A DNA stretch of 64,000 nucleotides. It comes from an uncultured archaeon (GTDB lineage: Archaea; Thermoplasmatota; Penumbrarchaeia; JASLWR01). The notes under the pieces were generated by a model, which saw only the letters and a list, made by a program, of their open reading frames with translations, was not told where the DNA came from and did not search any database. Position 1 is the first letter of the stretch, and each line of letters begins with the position of its first letter. The position numbers and the translations under genes are program-made. The stretch spans positions 32,001 to 96,000 of the forward strand of contig CAYSHM010000004.1 of the NCBI GenBank assembly GCA_964430885.1. The letters run 5' to 3'. Positions 27,686 to 37,593 of the stretch are shown here, piece after piece.

Positions 27686-28182
27686 ACCTCCACCTTTAAT
27701 TGTCCCGGTCTAATATGCTCTTCATCGACCCAGATGTTCACAGGAGAAGTTAAAACATATCTATGCTCCAAAACGTTCATATCCTTTTGATCAGCCGCAT
27801 TGGTGATAGAGAGGTTGTAATATTCGATTGAATTAGATAGGTCTTTCAATTCAATATTATAGTGTTTGAAGGGAGCGGTATTCAGATACCCAGTAAAGTT
27901 TTCATGGTTCAGGGTCAATATTTTTTGGTAATGGAACATTCCATTCCTACCATTATAGGTTAGTATAGGTGAGTTTCGGATATTTTTTATAATCCTTTCT
28001 GAATTGCCATAATCTCCGATGTCATCCTTTTGATTACCGTAGTTTTCATATACTCTAATAGCAGAATGGAAGAAGATGAACAATGATATTACAACAACGA
28101 AGAATACGACCATCTCATCATAGAAACCAGCGATCCCATCGGATTCTTTTTCTTTCCCCCATCTTTTTCTGTTGAATTTCAA
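27676..28182 (-). CDS. Hypothetical protein with single N-terminal hydrophobic helix, possibly pilin-like
   Basis: Basic leader, DG|IAGFYDEMVVFFVVVISLF, ends in the beta strand GQLKVEVW; TTG 28182 after AGGTG (track start 28191). Confidence 0.65.
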   Translation of the reverse strand: MKFNRKRWGKEKESDGIAGFYDEMVVFFVVVISLFIFFHSAIRVYENYGNQKDDIGDYGNSERIIKNIRNSPILTYNGRNGMFHYQKILTLNHENFTGYLNTAPFKHYNIELKDLSNSIEYYNLSITNAADQKDMNVLEHRYVLTSPVNIWVDEEHIRPGQLKVEVWS

Positions 28183-28267
28183 TTCATGCACCTGATGTCA
28201 GTTTAATAGATGTTTCCTAGGAAATCACCCAAATTCAGATGATTAAATTATAAATAAATCCGATTAG

Positions 28268-31200
28268 TTACATCCAATCCTCATCTTCCTCCAGGAAAAG
28301 TTCATCGTCTGATTCATCATCACCTTCTCTTCCTTGAGGCAAAGCAAGTGTATTATCATCTTTTGGTCCCCCAGTATGAAGGCTGAGGGGTTTTTCATCT
28401 TCCTCATCACCGGATAATATCGGTCCGCCGGAAGTGAAGGAAACCGCATTCTCTTCCTCTTCAACCTCACCCTGAAATACAATAGTGTCTTCTTCAGGTT
28501 CTTCATTCTCATCCTCCCATTCATCCGGCGCAAATATGTCATCATGATAATCTTCTTCTTCCTCTTTATTGTGTTTTCTCTGTCTTAGGGCCAAGAATAC
28601 CAGTATTATTATTATTAATGCAATTATTAGAAGCCCCACAATAAGTAAACTGTCCCTTCCTTCGGAGGATTGTCTTACAAAATCAGAATATGTGTCGAGG
28701 TTGTCTTTAATCCAAGAAAATGGTTTTTCCTTTGAGTCATCATTATAATCCAAAGTGATCATGGTATCATCGGCCAGTTCTGAACCGAAGTCTATTTCGA
28801 ATGTGACGCTTCCCGAGTCGTCTGTGGTCCCTGAATATTTCCTCCCATCCAATTCAAAGGAAATACTGATGCCGGGAATGTTGTTTCCGTTGGAATCTCT
28901 GAAAGGTCCAATTGTAACTTCTTCGGTAATTCCTAATAATACAATCAAGTATCCTCTGATATCTTTGGAAATGTTCATTGTCGTAGTAAAATCCTTGTAT
29001 CCTTCCTTTTTGCCAAGTATTTCATAGGTTCCAGTAATCAGTCTCATAGTGAAATTTCCATTGAATGTTTCGATGAGAGTTCCATCAATAAAAATGTCTG
29101 CATCAACAGGAACTATCGAGCCTGAAAATGTGTGGTTGTAATCCAATATGTCCTCAATATTTTCTTCTAAAGTGATTAAAGCCGTACTAGTGAACTCCTT
29201 TTTAAAAAATACGCTGGTAGCCGCTGGATCATAAATTGTCCGATTGATTACCGTATCGTGACTGCCTTTCCTAGAGAATGTTCCATAACCATATTCATAT
29301 TCCTCCAATTCGGCATGAATCTTCCAGTAACCTGTTGTTGCGGATTGAGGGAGATCCTCCCTGTCCTCCCGGTAGGTTTTTAGTCCGGTCTGGGGATATG
29401 CCTCTATCTCGGTATTTGATAAGGGAATGTCCAGGAAGTAGAACTTTCCCTCATCATCGGTAACGGCAGTTAAGTTATACCAAGTCCTGTTGGTAACGTT
29501 TATCAAGGATTTTTTGACGACCCCGGCAATAGTAATATCCACCATCATTGAGTCCTTTTCATCAACAAATACGATTAATTCAATTGAAACGCCTTCCAAA
29601 TAATTGCCAACAGTGTCATTTACCGACCCATTCAGTTGTGCGGGGGAGGGAATGGTCTTCTTTATGATGATAAAGTTCTGGGTAATCGGGAATGTGTCCA
29701 AATTTAATTCCAATTTGATCATGCGCTGGGATGGATAACCTTGTGGATATCCGTCTTCATATCCGTTTTCAACTATCCAGTCCCAATCCAATTTGGCAAT
29801 ATAATCTTTCATTGGAAGGTTTATGGAATAAAAACCGGACGAATCTGATGTAATGTTGTAATAATTCCCCCCGTCGTAAATGACAATAGTGGCACCTTCA
29901 ACAGGCATACCTTCCTGATCTATCACCTTCCCGCTGATAGAGCCGTCATCTGGTGGAAGTACCAACAAAGAATAATTAAGTCCGTTATTGGTATAATTTC
30001 TCCCATTACCCTGATCATCTTCGGTATAGAAGCTGTAATAATGTTCCTGACCTATATGATAAGGATCGGATTCCTCATCCCATGTTGCAATCCATTGAAA
30101 CTGGAAATTCACGATATCGTTCCACTGATTGCCCTGGGGTTCCATTTGATGCTGAACGCCGTCAATAATAATATTCACAATTCCCTGGTCATTGTCTATA
30201 TCACTATAGTTCAAATTAAAGGTTACGGTGTCCCCGGCAGTGATGGAATCGTATGGCATATGCGTTATATTGTTCAGAGCTGGAGGTTGGTTGGGGAATG
30301 AATCCACATATATCGTGGATGTATTGACCGTTCCAGTAGTTGTTTCTTCCATTTCAATAACATATTCTCCTTCTTCTTCGATCACGATCCCCTTGTAAGA
30401 TAGTTCTATGGGATGTCCAGACATGCTTATTGGCGGAATGTTCCTATCGGTGGTATTGATATGTGTAGAGTCACCGGGATTGTTCGAGGGATAATATGAG
30501 AGTACCAATTCTGCCTGAAGCAGACTGTTGCCAGTATTTTCCACAAATACTGATAGCGCAAATTCATAGCCAGCAAAGACATTTGGAGGTTCGGTTTCTG
30601 AAATGTTGAGTTCCACAGCACTGATATTTTGAATGATTATCTGAAAAGTGGTGGAATTGGTTGTGGCATTCGGTCTCGTCAAGAAATCATTGGATATGGT
30701 AAAGGTGACTTGAAATGTATCTTCGTGGGTAGGCGTCCATCGGAAGTTATTTAATATTGGCTGATCAACAGTATCCAGATAGTCAATATCTACAGTGTCA
30801 CCATCTATGGTTTGATCATTTTGATTGCTGTCTTCTATTTCAAGTTTCAGCTGATAATTACTTGCCGGAATGTTGCCAGTATTATTGATAATGCAATTAA
30901 GGCTAGTTGTACTTTTGGAGTAGACTCCATTATCGTCACCAATACCGTAAATCTCATAGTTCAAACTGAACTGAACAATGTTTCTGAACTCAATATATCG
31001 AATTATTTGATCATTGACCATACTGCCAGCAATAGTAGACCATCCTTCAATAATGACTGTTATCTCATACCAGCCCTCCTCCTGAAAATTCAATCCGAGC
31101 TGTGAATTATGCCTTCCATTCTGGAGATCCCCGTTTCCAGTATCATTATTATCAGTATAGGTTTGATTGGCATTATCTATAGCGACAGATGTGTTGACGT

Positions 31201-31441
31201 TAAGAATATTTTCAGCAAGAGTAAAAGATATTCCTAAAACATGAGGTGTGTTCGAAAATACACCATTCACATTCGGATCACCCTTTATTTCCAATGAATT
31301 GATTGTTATTTCACCAGCCCGGCCGGAACGGTTTTCACTTCTTTCATTATATTCTCCAAAAATATTTGGACTGAGACTGTTTATTAATATCACAACTAGG
31401 GCAAAATATAGGTATTTCAATAACGATTTTTTGTTTTTCAT
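28268..31441 (-). CDS. Membrane-anchored surface protein with CARDB/Ig-like and carboxypeptidase-regulatory-like domains and an acidic cytoplasmic tail
   Basis: Signal peptide; INNTGN and VENTGN; GSISGKVIDQEGMPVEGATI; many N-x-S/T sequons; C-terminal TM, RQRK and a ~100-aa D/E-rich tail. Confidence 0.85.
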   Translation of the reverse strand: MKNKKSLLKYLYFALVVILINSLSPNIFGEYNERSENRSGRAGEITINSLEIKGDPNVNGVFSNTPHVLGISFTLAENILNVNTSVAIDNANQTYTDNNDTGNGDLQNGRHNSQLGLNFQEEGWYEITVIIEGWSTIAGSMVNDQIIRYIEFRNIVQFSLNYEIYGIGDDNGVYSKSTTSLNCIINNTGNIPASNYQLKLEIEDSNQNDQTIDGDTVDIDYLDTVDQPILNNFRWTPTHEDTFQVTFTISNDFLTRPNATTNSTTFQIIIQNISAVELNISETEPPNVFAGYEFALSVFVENTGNSLLQAELVLSYYPSNNPGDSTHINTTDRNIPPISMSGHPIELSYKGIVIEEEGEYVIEMEETTTGTVNTSTIYVDSFPNQPPALNNITHMPYDSITAGDTVTFNLNYSDIDNDQGIVNIIIDGVQHQMEPQGNQWNDIVNFQFQWIATWDEESDPYHIGQEHYYSFYTEDDQGNGRNYTNNGLNYSLLVLPPDDGSISGKVIDQEGMPVEGATIVIYDGGNYYNITSDSSGFYSINLPMKDYIAKLDWDWIVENGYEDGYPQGYPSQRMIKLELNLDTFPITQNFIIIKKTIPSPAQLNGSVNDTVGNYLEGVSIELIVFVDEKDSMMVDITIAGVVKKSLINVTNRTWYNLTAVTDDEGKFYFLDIPLSNTEIEAYPQTGLKTYREDREDLPQSATTGYWKIHAELEEYEYGYGTFSRKGSHDTVINRTIYDPAATSVFFKKEFTSTALITLEENIEDILDYNHTFSGSIVPVDADIFIDGTLIETFNGNFTMRLITGTYEILGKKEGYKDFTTTMNISKDIRGYLIVLLGITEEVTIGPFRDSNGNNIPGISISFELDGRKYSGTTDDSGSVTFEIDFGSELADDTMITLDYNDDSKEKPFSWIKDNLDTYSDFVRQSSEGRDSLLIVGLLIIALIIIILVFLALRQRKHNKEEEEDYHDDIFAPDEWEDENEEPEEDTIVFQGEVEEEENAVSFTSGGPILSGDEEDEKPLSLHTGGPKDDNTLALPQGREGDDESDDELFLEEDEDWM

Positions 31442-31878
31442 GGACCTTCCCCTTTTTTGGTTTATCCATCTGAATTTTAAGGATTACTATAAGGTGTTGC
31501 CTTTATAATCGTTTATTCATAATTATGTTGAAGAAATCTAATATCGGCAATCTTGAACCTGCTTGCTATGTATAAGAATATATATAATATTTTTCAACAA
31601 GGTATGCGCACCTACTTGTATTATTGCGTCTTGCTTAGCAAACTGTATTAAGTAAGAATGATTTTGCTATTGGATATAAATATAATATTAACTCTAAAAC
31701 CTCAAATAAAAAAGTTAAATTAATATATCATATTTCGATGTAGGAGAAAAATTGAGGAAAAAAAGTAATAATGTTTATTAAGGTAGTTCCCTCTACGCCG
31801 TAAGGAGCATTTCAAATATTCATTAATAAATATTATCGTTTGAAATAAAAAAGTTCGTAGAGTCTTAACAGGGCATAT

Positions 31879-33075
31879 ATGGTTCACATGAAGGAGGATC
31901 CTTTGATGAGAAACTTGGTAGATGATATATTAAAGAGAAGGAAGTCTAAGAATAAGGAAACAGTCACACCGAAAAAAACATTCACCCCGGAAAAAAAACC
32001 GCCGGTTAGGAGGCCTGAACCACAGATGGTCTCTGACCCTCAGGAAGGTATTAGCGATGCAGCGCTAAAAGCTATTGCTGACAAGATAAAACCTGCAATC
32101 AAGATAGTTGGCTGTGGCGGTGCTGGCTGTAATACTATCAATAGGTGCAATGAAGAGATCACCAATGTTGATATGTATGCTCTAAATACGGATGCTGCTC
32201 ATTTATATAAAATCAAATCCCCCAACAAACTCCTTATTGGAGAGCATGTTACCAGGGGATTGGGGGCTGGTGCAAAACCTCAGATAGGTGAGAGAGCCGC
32301 CCAGGAAGTAGAACATAAGATAAATGAACTTCTGATGGATGCCAAGATGGTCTTTATAACATGCGGAATGGGAGGTGGAACCGGAACCGGATCTGCTCCA
32401 TATGTTGCCAAACTTGCGAGGGATATGGGTAAAGCTATGACCTTGGCAATAGTGACCTATCCATTTGAAGCGGAAGGCCTTGCCAGAAGGCAGAATGCAC
32501 TATGGGGTATTAACAAGCTGAAATCCGTTGCCAATACGGTAATTGTGATCAAGAACGACAAACTCCTAGAATTGGTACCACGTTTGCCGCTTGATTCGGC
32601 TTTCAGGGTAGCTGATGAAATACTCATGAGGTCAATTAAATCCCTTACTGCAATAATCACTGAACCTGGTCTTATTAATTTGGATTACAACGATGTGGCA
32701 AAGGTTATTGTTGACGGTGGCGGATTGGCTATGATAGGAATGGGTAAATCCGATGGTGATGACAGAGTTACTGAAGCTGTTGATGAAGCCATAAATTCTC
32801 CACTTCTGGATATGGACATCTCAAACGCCAGGAGCTGTTTGATAAATGTTGTAGGCGGTCCAGGAATGACTGTAGAGGAAGCAAATGGAGCAGCCGAAAT
32901 GGTTCAGCAGAAGATAGATCCCAATGCTGAGGTGATATTGGGAGCCCGGATAGATCCGACACTGGAAGGGGCTTTGGAAATAATGATAGTCCTTACAGGT
33001 GTAGTATCTAAAGATATCGATAAAGCTCAAATGAATGATCCATTCGGGGCTTCCAACATACCGTATATTGAATAG
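31879..33075 (+). CDS. ftsZ: Cell division protein FtsZ (FtsZ1 context)
   Basis: [41 protein letters not shown]; upstream of secE-spt5. True start may be 31906 (AGGAGG SD). Confidence 0.97.
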   Translation: MVHMKEDPLMRNLVDDILKRRKSKNKETVTPKKTFTPEKKPPVRRPEPQMVSDPQEGISDAALKAIADKIKPAIKIVGCGGAGCNTINRCNEEITNVDMYALNTDAAHLYKIKSPNKLLIGEHVTRGLGAGAKPQIGERAAQEVEHKINELLMDAKMVFITCGMGGGTGTGSAPYVAKLARDMGKAMTLAIVTYPFEAEGLARRQNALWGINKLKSVANTVIVIKNDKLLELVPRLPLDSAFRVADEILMRSIKSLTAIITEPGLINLDYNDVAKVIVDGGGLAMIGMGKSDGDDRVTEAVDEAINSPLLDMDISNARSCLINVVGGPGMTVEEANGAAEMVQQKIDPNAEVILGARIDPTLEGALEIMIVLTGVVSKDIDKAQMNDPFGASNIPYIE

Positions 33076-33152
33076 ATATATTTGTTCATGCAGTGCTGCA
33101 ACCGATGAGACATCCGTTTTTGGTGTGATAACAATAGGGGTAGGCGATTTTT

Positions 33153-33392
33153 ATGGATATAATGGAAAAAACATTTTATTTACAGAAACGATTAGAAGGG
33201 CGAACTAAGAATCTGGGAAAGGGGAAATACGGCAGGGTATTGCGAATGGCTAGGAAGCCAGGTAAGGAAGAATACGTTAAGACTCTGCAGATAACGGGTG
33301 CGGGATTGGCCCTCATAGGTGCACTTGGTTTTGTCATATTCCTATTTTGGAAAGAAGGCCTTCCATTTTTGGGCGACCTTCTGGGATTGTAA
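33153..33392 (+). CDS. secE: Protein translocase SecE / Sec61 gamma
   Basis: GKGKYGRVLRMARKP..EEY, TM GLALIGALGFVI; conserved synteny. Confidence 0.92.
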   Translation: MDIMEKTFYLQKRLEGRTKNLGKGKYGRVLRMARKPGKEEYVKTLQITGAGLALIGALGFVIFLFWKEGLPFLGDLLGL

Positions 33393-33516
33393 GGCGGTTT
33401 TTTAATCAAATCAATTGCCCATGGGGAAAATCTTGCTGATTCAGGAATATAAAAGAAAATGAGTTTCTGTTCTTTGAATTATTACTGTTTAAAAAGATGA
33501 ATTATGTGGTGGAATA

Positions 33517-34173
33517 ATGTTTGAAAATGAATTTGATATAGTGGAAGAATCCATGGATACGGAGGATTATATCAGCCTCAAAAAGCTGGAGGATAAGGCG
33601 AGGTTCATAATAGCAATAAAAACTACAATTGGCCGGGAAAAAGATGTGGTTGTCAGCCTCCGGCATAGGGTCAAGAGTAAGAATAGAGCTAGTTCGGAGA
33701 TTTTTTCTCTTTTAGCTCCTGGTCGGCTTAGGGGATACGTAATGGTGGAATTTGGATTAAATTATCAACAGATCGAGGATATGATAACTGACCCCCATTA
33801 CCGAGAGGAAGTATTGGAGGAGCTTAACGATCATAAGTTAATAGGCAACGAAAACTCCGTGGTGGGCAGAATAATCAAAGATAAAATGGATGTGCTCATC
33901 AAAGGTTTGAAATATGCTAAAGGTGTTGTAAGGGGAATAACTACTATCGATGAAATTGAGCATTTCCTTTCACCGCCGCCGCTAGTAAGAGGTATAGATG
34001 TAGGAGATATTGTTGAGATTATCAAGGGACCATTCAAGGGTGAAAAGGCGAAGATATCACATAAGGATGAGTCCAAAGAAAAGGTGACAGTAGAACTGCT
34101 TGATGCCATGGTTACCATTCCATTGACAATTAAGGCAGGCCATGTAAGAGTAATTGAAAAGGAGAGGGAGTAA
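33517..34173 (+). CDS. spt5: Transcription elongation factor Spt5 (NusG family) with N-terminal extension and NGN-domain insertion
   Basis: KTTIGREKDV, LRGYVMVE, KOW GDIVEIIKGPFKGEKAKI, VTVELLDAMVTIP. Confidence 0.93.
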   Translation: MFENEFDIVEESMDTEDYISLKKLEDKARFIIAIKTTIGREKDVVVSLRHRVKSKNRASSEIFSLLAPGRLRGYVMVEFGLNYQQIEDMITDPHYREEVLEELNDHKLIGNENSVVGRIIKDKMDVLIKGLKYAKGVVRGITTIDEIEHFLSPPPLVRGIDVGDIVEIIKGPFKGEKAKISHKDESKEKVTVELLDAMVTIPLTIKAGHVRVIEKERE

Positions 34174-34650
34174 ATGCCAGAAACTACAGTAGAAGCTTTA
34201 GTAGAGGGCGGCAAAGCAACAGCCGGACCACCCATAGGTCCTGCGCTCGGCCCCCTTGGAGTAAACATAATGCAGGTCATTAAGAAGATAAATGAGAGAA
34301 CAAAATCCTTTAAAGGTATGAGCGTCCCAGTAAAAATAATAGTGGATGATAAGACCAAGGAATTCAGGATAACCGTGGGTACGCCCCCCACTTCCTCGCT
34401 CATTAAGACGGAACTAGGTATATCATCGGCATCAAAAGAACCAGGAAATGAAATGGTTGGAAACATTACTATTGAACAGGCAAAGAAAATAGCGGATATG
34501 AAGGACGATGTCATGTATGGAAAAGATCTCAAGAACAAGGTAAAGGTGGTGTTGGGAACATGCGTTTCCATGGGAATCACATGTGAAGGTAAACATCCGA
34601 AAGAGGTCTGCGAAGAAATATCTAAAGGTTTGCATGATGATAAGTTCTAG
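34174..34650 (+). CDS. rpl11: 50S ribosomal protein uL11
   Basis: [34 protein letters not shown]. Confidence 0.97.
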   Translation: MPETTVEALVEGGKATAGPPIGPALGPLGVNIMQVIKKINERTKSFKGMSVPVKIIVDDKTKEFRITVGTPPTSSLIKTELGISSASKEPGNEMVGNITIEQAKKIADMKDDVMYGKDLKNKVKVVLGTCVSMGITCEGKHPKEVCEEISKGLHDDKF

Positions 34651-34896
34651 ATGCCGGGAATAATTTAACTGAAAAGGATAGATTTGGAAAAATGATAAAT
34701 AAATCAAATCGAAACATCTGTCAAATCAATTATAAAATATTATAATGAGAACTTCAAACCGTATAATATATAATTAAAGAGGTATTTTCCCCAAGAGAAA
34801 TCAAAGGATGATATGATATTGAACCATTAAAATGGTCATATATCATTGAATCCTTAATATAATATCAATATCATATATAAATCCTGAACTGGATTG

Positions 34897-34934
34897 CCTG
34901 ATGTAGGAGGATCATATCCGTTTAACTACACAGG
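34897..34934 (+). promoter_or_regulatory. Candidate uL1-binding autoregulatory mRNA hairpin
   Basis: CCTG-a-TGTAG-GA-GGAT-cat-ATCC-GTTTAA-CTACA-CAGG: nested helices around an asymmetric internal loop, abutting the rpl1 SD. Confidence 0.6.
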
Positions 34935-34937
34935 GAG

Positions 34938-35591
34938 GTGATTCAAATCGTTACTGAAGATAATCTGTATGTGGAAGAGATTAAAAAAGCAATAGAAGAT
35001 GCACCAAAAAGGAATTTTATTGAAAGTGTGGATCTTGCTATAAACTTGACTGATGTGGACATGAAAATCCCCACCAAGAGGATTAAGGAAGAGATTATTT
35101 TACCTAAAGGTAGGGGTAAAACGGTCAAAGTGGCAGTATTTGGTTCTGGTGAATTCGGTCTGAAAGCCAAAGAGGCAGCGGATCTAGTTATTGAACCTGA
35201 GGAAATAGAGGAATTAGCCAAGGACACCCGTAAGGCTCGATTGATTGCGGATGATCATGCTTTCTTTATTGCCGAAATACCTTTGATGCCCGTGATAGGT
35301 AAAAGCCTGGGTATTGTTTTAGGCCCCAGAGGTAAGATGCCTCAACCGCTCCCCCCTCAGGCCGATCCTGCGCCCATCATCAATTCTCTGAAGAACAAGG
35401 TGAGGATACGGTCCAAAGACAGGCTGACTTTTCATGTCCCAGTTGGAACTCTTCAGATGTCTGCCGAGGACATTGCATCAAACAGTCGAGAGGTGCTTAT
35501 TAGAATAGAATCCCGATTGGAAAGGGGCAAAATGAACATAAAGAGCGTTTTTGTCAAGACCACCATGGGTCCTTCTGTTAAGTTGATGTGA
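34938..35591 (+). CDS. rpl1: 50S ribosomal protein uL1
   Basis: KRNFIESVDLAINL, LGPRGKMP, VKTTMGP; start codon ambiguous (see findings). Confidence 0.97.
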   Translation: MIQIVTEDNLYVEEIKKAIEDAPKRNFIESVDLAINLTDVDMKIPTKRIKEEIILPKGRGKTVKVAVFGSGEFGLKAKEAADLVIEPEEIEELAKDTRKARLIADDHAFFIAEIPLMPVIGKSLGIVLGPRGKMPQPLPPQADPAPIINSLKNKVRIRSKDRLTFHVPVGTLQMSAEDIASNSREVLIRIESRLERGKMNIKSVFVKTTMGPSVKLM

Positions 35592-35600
35592 GGTGTTCAA

Positions 35601-36611
35601 ATGGCGTACGTTGCAAAATGGAAAAAAGAAGAGGTTGGAAATCTCACCAAATTAATGGATGATAATGGTTTGATCGCCTTGGCGGATATCAGAGGCATTG
35701 CAGCCCCTCAGATGCAGCAGATGAGGGCTGTGCTCAGGGAAAGAATGAATGTCCGGGTGGTCAAGAACACTTTATTGAAACTAGCGATTGAGAATTCAAA
35801 GAAGGATAATATCGAGGAATTGATGGATTATATAGATGGTCAAGTTGCCTTGATCACTTCCCAGGAAAATCCATTTCAGCTTTATCAGACACTGAAACAA
35901 AGGAGGACAAAAGCCCCGGCCAAAGGCGGAGAGATATCTCCCAGCGACATTGTTGTTGAAAAAGGTCCTACATCCTTCAATCCAGGTCCAATAATCTCGG
36001 ATCTCCAGAGAGCAGGTTTCCCAGCTTCTATCCAAGGCGGTAAAGTTGTTTTCAGGAAGAAAGAGACAATAATAAAGGAAGGAGAGGTCATCCCTGAGAA
36101 TGTGGCGAAGCTATTGACCAAACTTGAGATATATCCTATAGAAGTAGGATTGATGCCTGCTGCGGTATATGAGGACGGCTTGGTCTATATGCCGAAGGAT
36201 CTGGATGTTGACATGGATCAATTCCGTGCTGATTTTCAAAGTGCGGCTGGAAGGGCATTCAGTCTTGCGTTATCGATTGCTTACATGACCGATGTGACCA
36301 CGGTCCCTTTACTGCAGAAGGCTCATATGGAAGCACTCTACTTAGCAGTATCCCAGGGCATTGTAAATTCATCTACTGTAACTCATGTCATGGGGAGAGC
36401 ACATTCACAGATGCTTTCCTTGGCCTCAAAAGTGACTTCCGAGGGTTTGGATGGAGATCTTCAGACCATGTTGGATTCATCAGCTCAAGTTTCATCAGCA
36501 AATGTCACAGTCCGAGAGGATGTTAAAGTGGAAGAAAACGATGAAGAGGATGAGGAAGAGGAGATAAGTGAAGATGATGCCGTGGGAGGTCTCGGAGCCC
36601 TTTTCGGTTGA
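35601..36611 (+). CDS. rpl10: 50S ribosomal protein uL10 (P0)
   Basis: VAKWKKEEV, VVKNTL, APAKGG, GPTSFNPGP, acidic tail ending GLGALFG. Confidence 0.97.
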   Translation: MAYVAKWKKEEVGNLTKLMDDNGLIALADIRGIAAPQMQQMRAVLRERMNVRVVKNTLLKLAIENSKKDNIEELMDYIDGQVALITSQENPFQLYQTLKQRRTKAPAKGGEISPSDIVVEKGPTSFNPGPIISDLQRAGFPASIQGGKVVFRKKETIIKEGEVIPENVAKLLTKLEIYPIEVGLMPAAVYEDGLVYMPKDLDVDMDQFRADFQSAAGRAFSLALSIAYMTDVTTVPLLQKAHMEALYLAVSQGIVNSSTVTHVMGRAHSQMLSLASKVTSEGLDGDLQTMLDSSAQVSSANVTVREDVKVEENDEEDEEEEISEDDAVGGLGALFG

Positions 36612-36673
36612 TGATGAAAGATTGAATTAAATTAAAATTAACATTAATAAAAATTAATTAGGAGGGAATAAAA

Positions 36674-36991
36674 ATGGAATACGTATACGGAGCAATGCTG
36701 CTTCATTCAGCTGGCAAGAAGGTCAGTGAAGATACCTTGAAAAAGATCCTGCAGGCTGCAGGAGTAAAAGTTGATTCAGCCAGAATAAAGGCATTGGTTT
36801 CCTCACTTGAAGGAGTTGATATTGAAGACGCCATCAAGAACGCTTCCTTTGCTGCGCCCGCCGCCGGAAGCGCTGGAGGTGCTTCTGTCGCCGCACCCGC
36901 TGCCGAAGCAGCAGAAGAGGAAGAAGAGGAAGAAGAAGATGCAGCAAGTGAAGAAGATGCAGTAGAAGGACTCGGAGCACTTTTCGGTTAA
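36674..36991 (+). CDS. rpl12: Ribosomal stalk protein P1/L12
   Basis: [11 protein letters not shown], Ala-rich hinge, Glu-rich tail ending GLGALFG. Confidence 0.97.
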   Translation: MEYVYGAMLLHSAGKKVSEDTLKKILQAAGVKVDSARIKALVSSLEGVDIEDAIKNASFAAPAAGSAGGASVAAPAAEAAEEEEEEEEDAASEEDAVEGLGALFG

Positions 36992-36992
36992 A

Positions 36993-37022
36993 CTTTTAAT
37001 GGGTTTTAGTACTCATTAAAGG
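36993..37022 (+). terminator. Stem-loop immediately after the rpl12 stop, likely terminator or 3' end structure
   Basis: CTTTTAATGGGT-tttagt-ACTCATTAAAGG forms a 12-bp stem with two G-U pairs. Confidence 0.5.
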
Positions 37023-37096
37023 CATACTAGCATTTAAATAGGGTCCAATCCGTTCATATTATGATCGTGATTGGGTCCTATGCATCATTTAATTGA

Positions 37097-37564
37097 TTGG
37101 AGGTATGCCGTATCATAGAAGTTACCGTTGGTATGATCCTGATAATTGTCGGAGTTATTCTATTAATCGCAGAGGTCATAATACCTGGATTCTTCGTAGG
37201 GGTTGTAGCTACAGCCTTTTTGTTCGTAGGAATAATCAGTCTAATCTTTGAAGAAGTATTATCCAATCCGGCGATTCTAATTGGAGTCGCAATAGTTGGA
37301 TTGGCCATTGGAATGACAATATCAATTTTATTCTATAAGAAGCTTGGCAAAGAGCAAAAACCCATAACCTCCACAGGTGAAAGCCTTGTTGGTAGAACGG
37401 GGATAATAACTGTTCCGACGGAACCTCACCACCCCACAAAGGGCAAGGTAAGATTGGGTAGTGAAATTTGGTCTGCAGAGGCGGATAAAATTATTACTGA
37501 GGGTGCCAAGGTCGAAGTTGTTGATTCCATAGGTGCCCATGTCAAGGTTGTAGAGATGAAATGA
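37097..37564 (+). CDS. nfeD: NfeD family membrane protein (short form)
   Basis: LLIAEVIIPGFF, three TMs, SLVGRTG, GKVRLGSEIWSA (OB fold); directly upstream of an SPFH gene; start uncertain. Confidence 0.88.
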   Translation: MEVCRIIEVTVGMILIIVGVILLIAEVIIPGFFVGVVATAFLFVGIISLIFEEVLSNPAILIGVAIVGLAIGMTISILFYKKLGKEQKPITSTGESLVGRTGIITVPTEPHHPTKGKVRLGSEIWSAEADKIITEGAKVEVVDSIGAHVKVVEMK

Positions 37565-37593
37565 TTTTGATATAATCCATAGAAAAAAGGAAG

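Noticed and set aside
33831-34580. 249-aa minus-strand ORF
   Set aside because: Lies antisense to spt5 and rpl11 and has no recognisable motifs
36560-36991. Near-identical 3' ends of rpl10 and rpl12
   Set aside because: Known shared C-terminal factor-binding motif of archaeal stalk proteins
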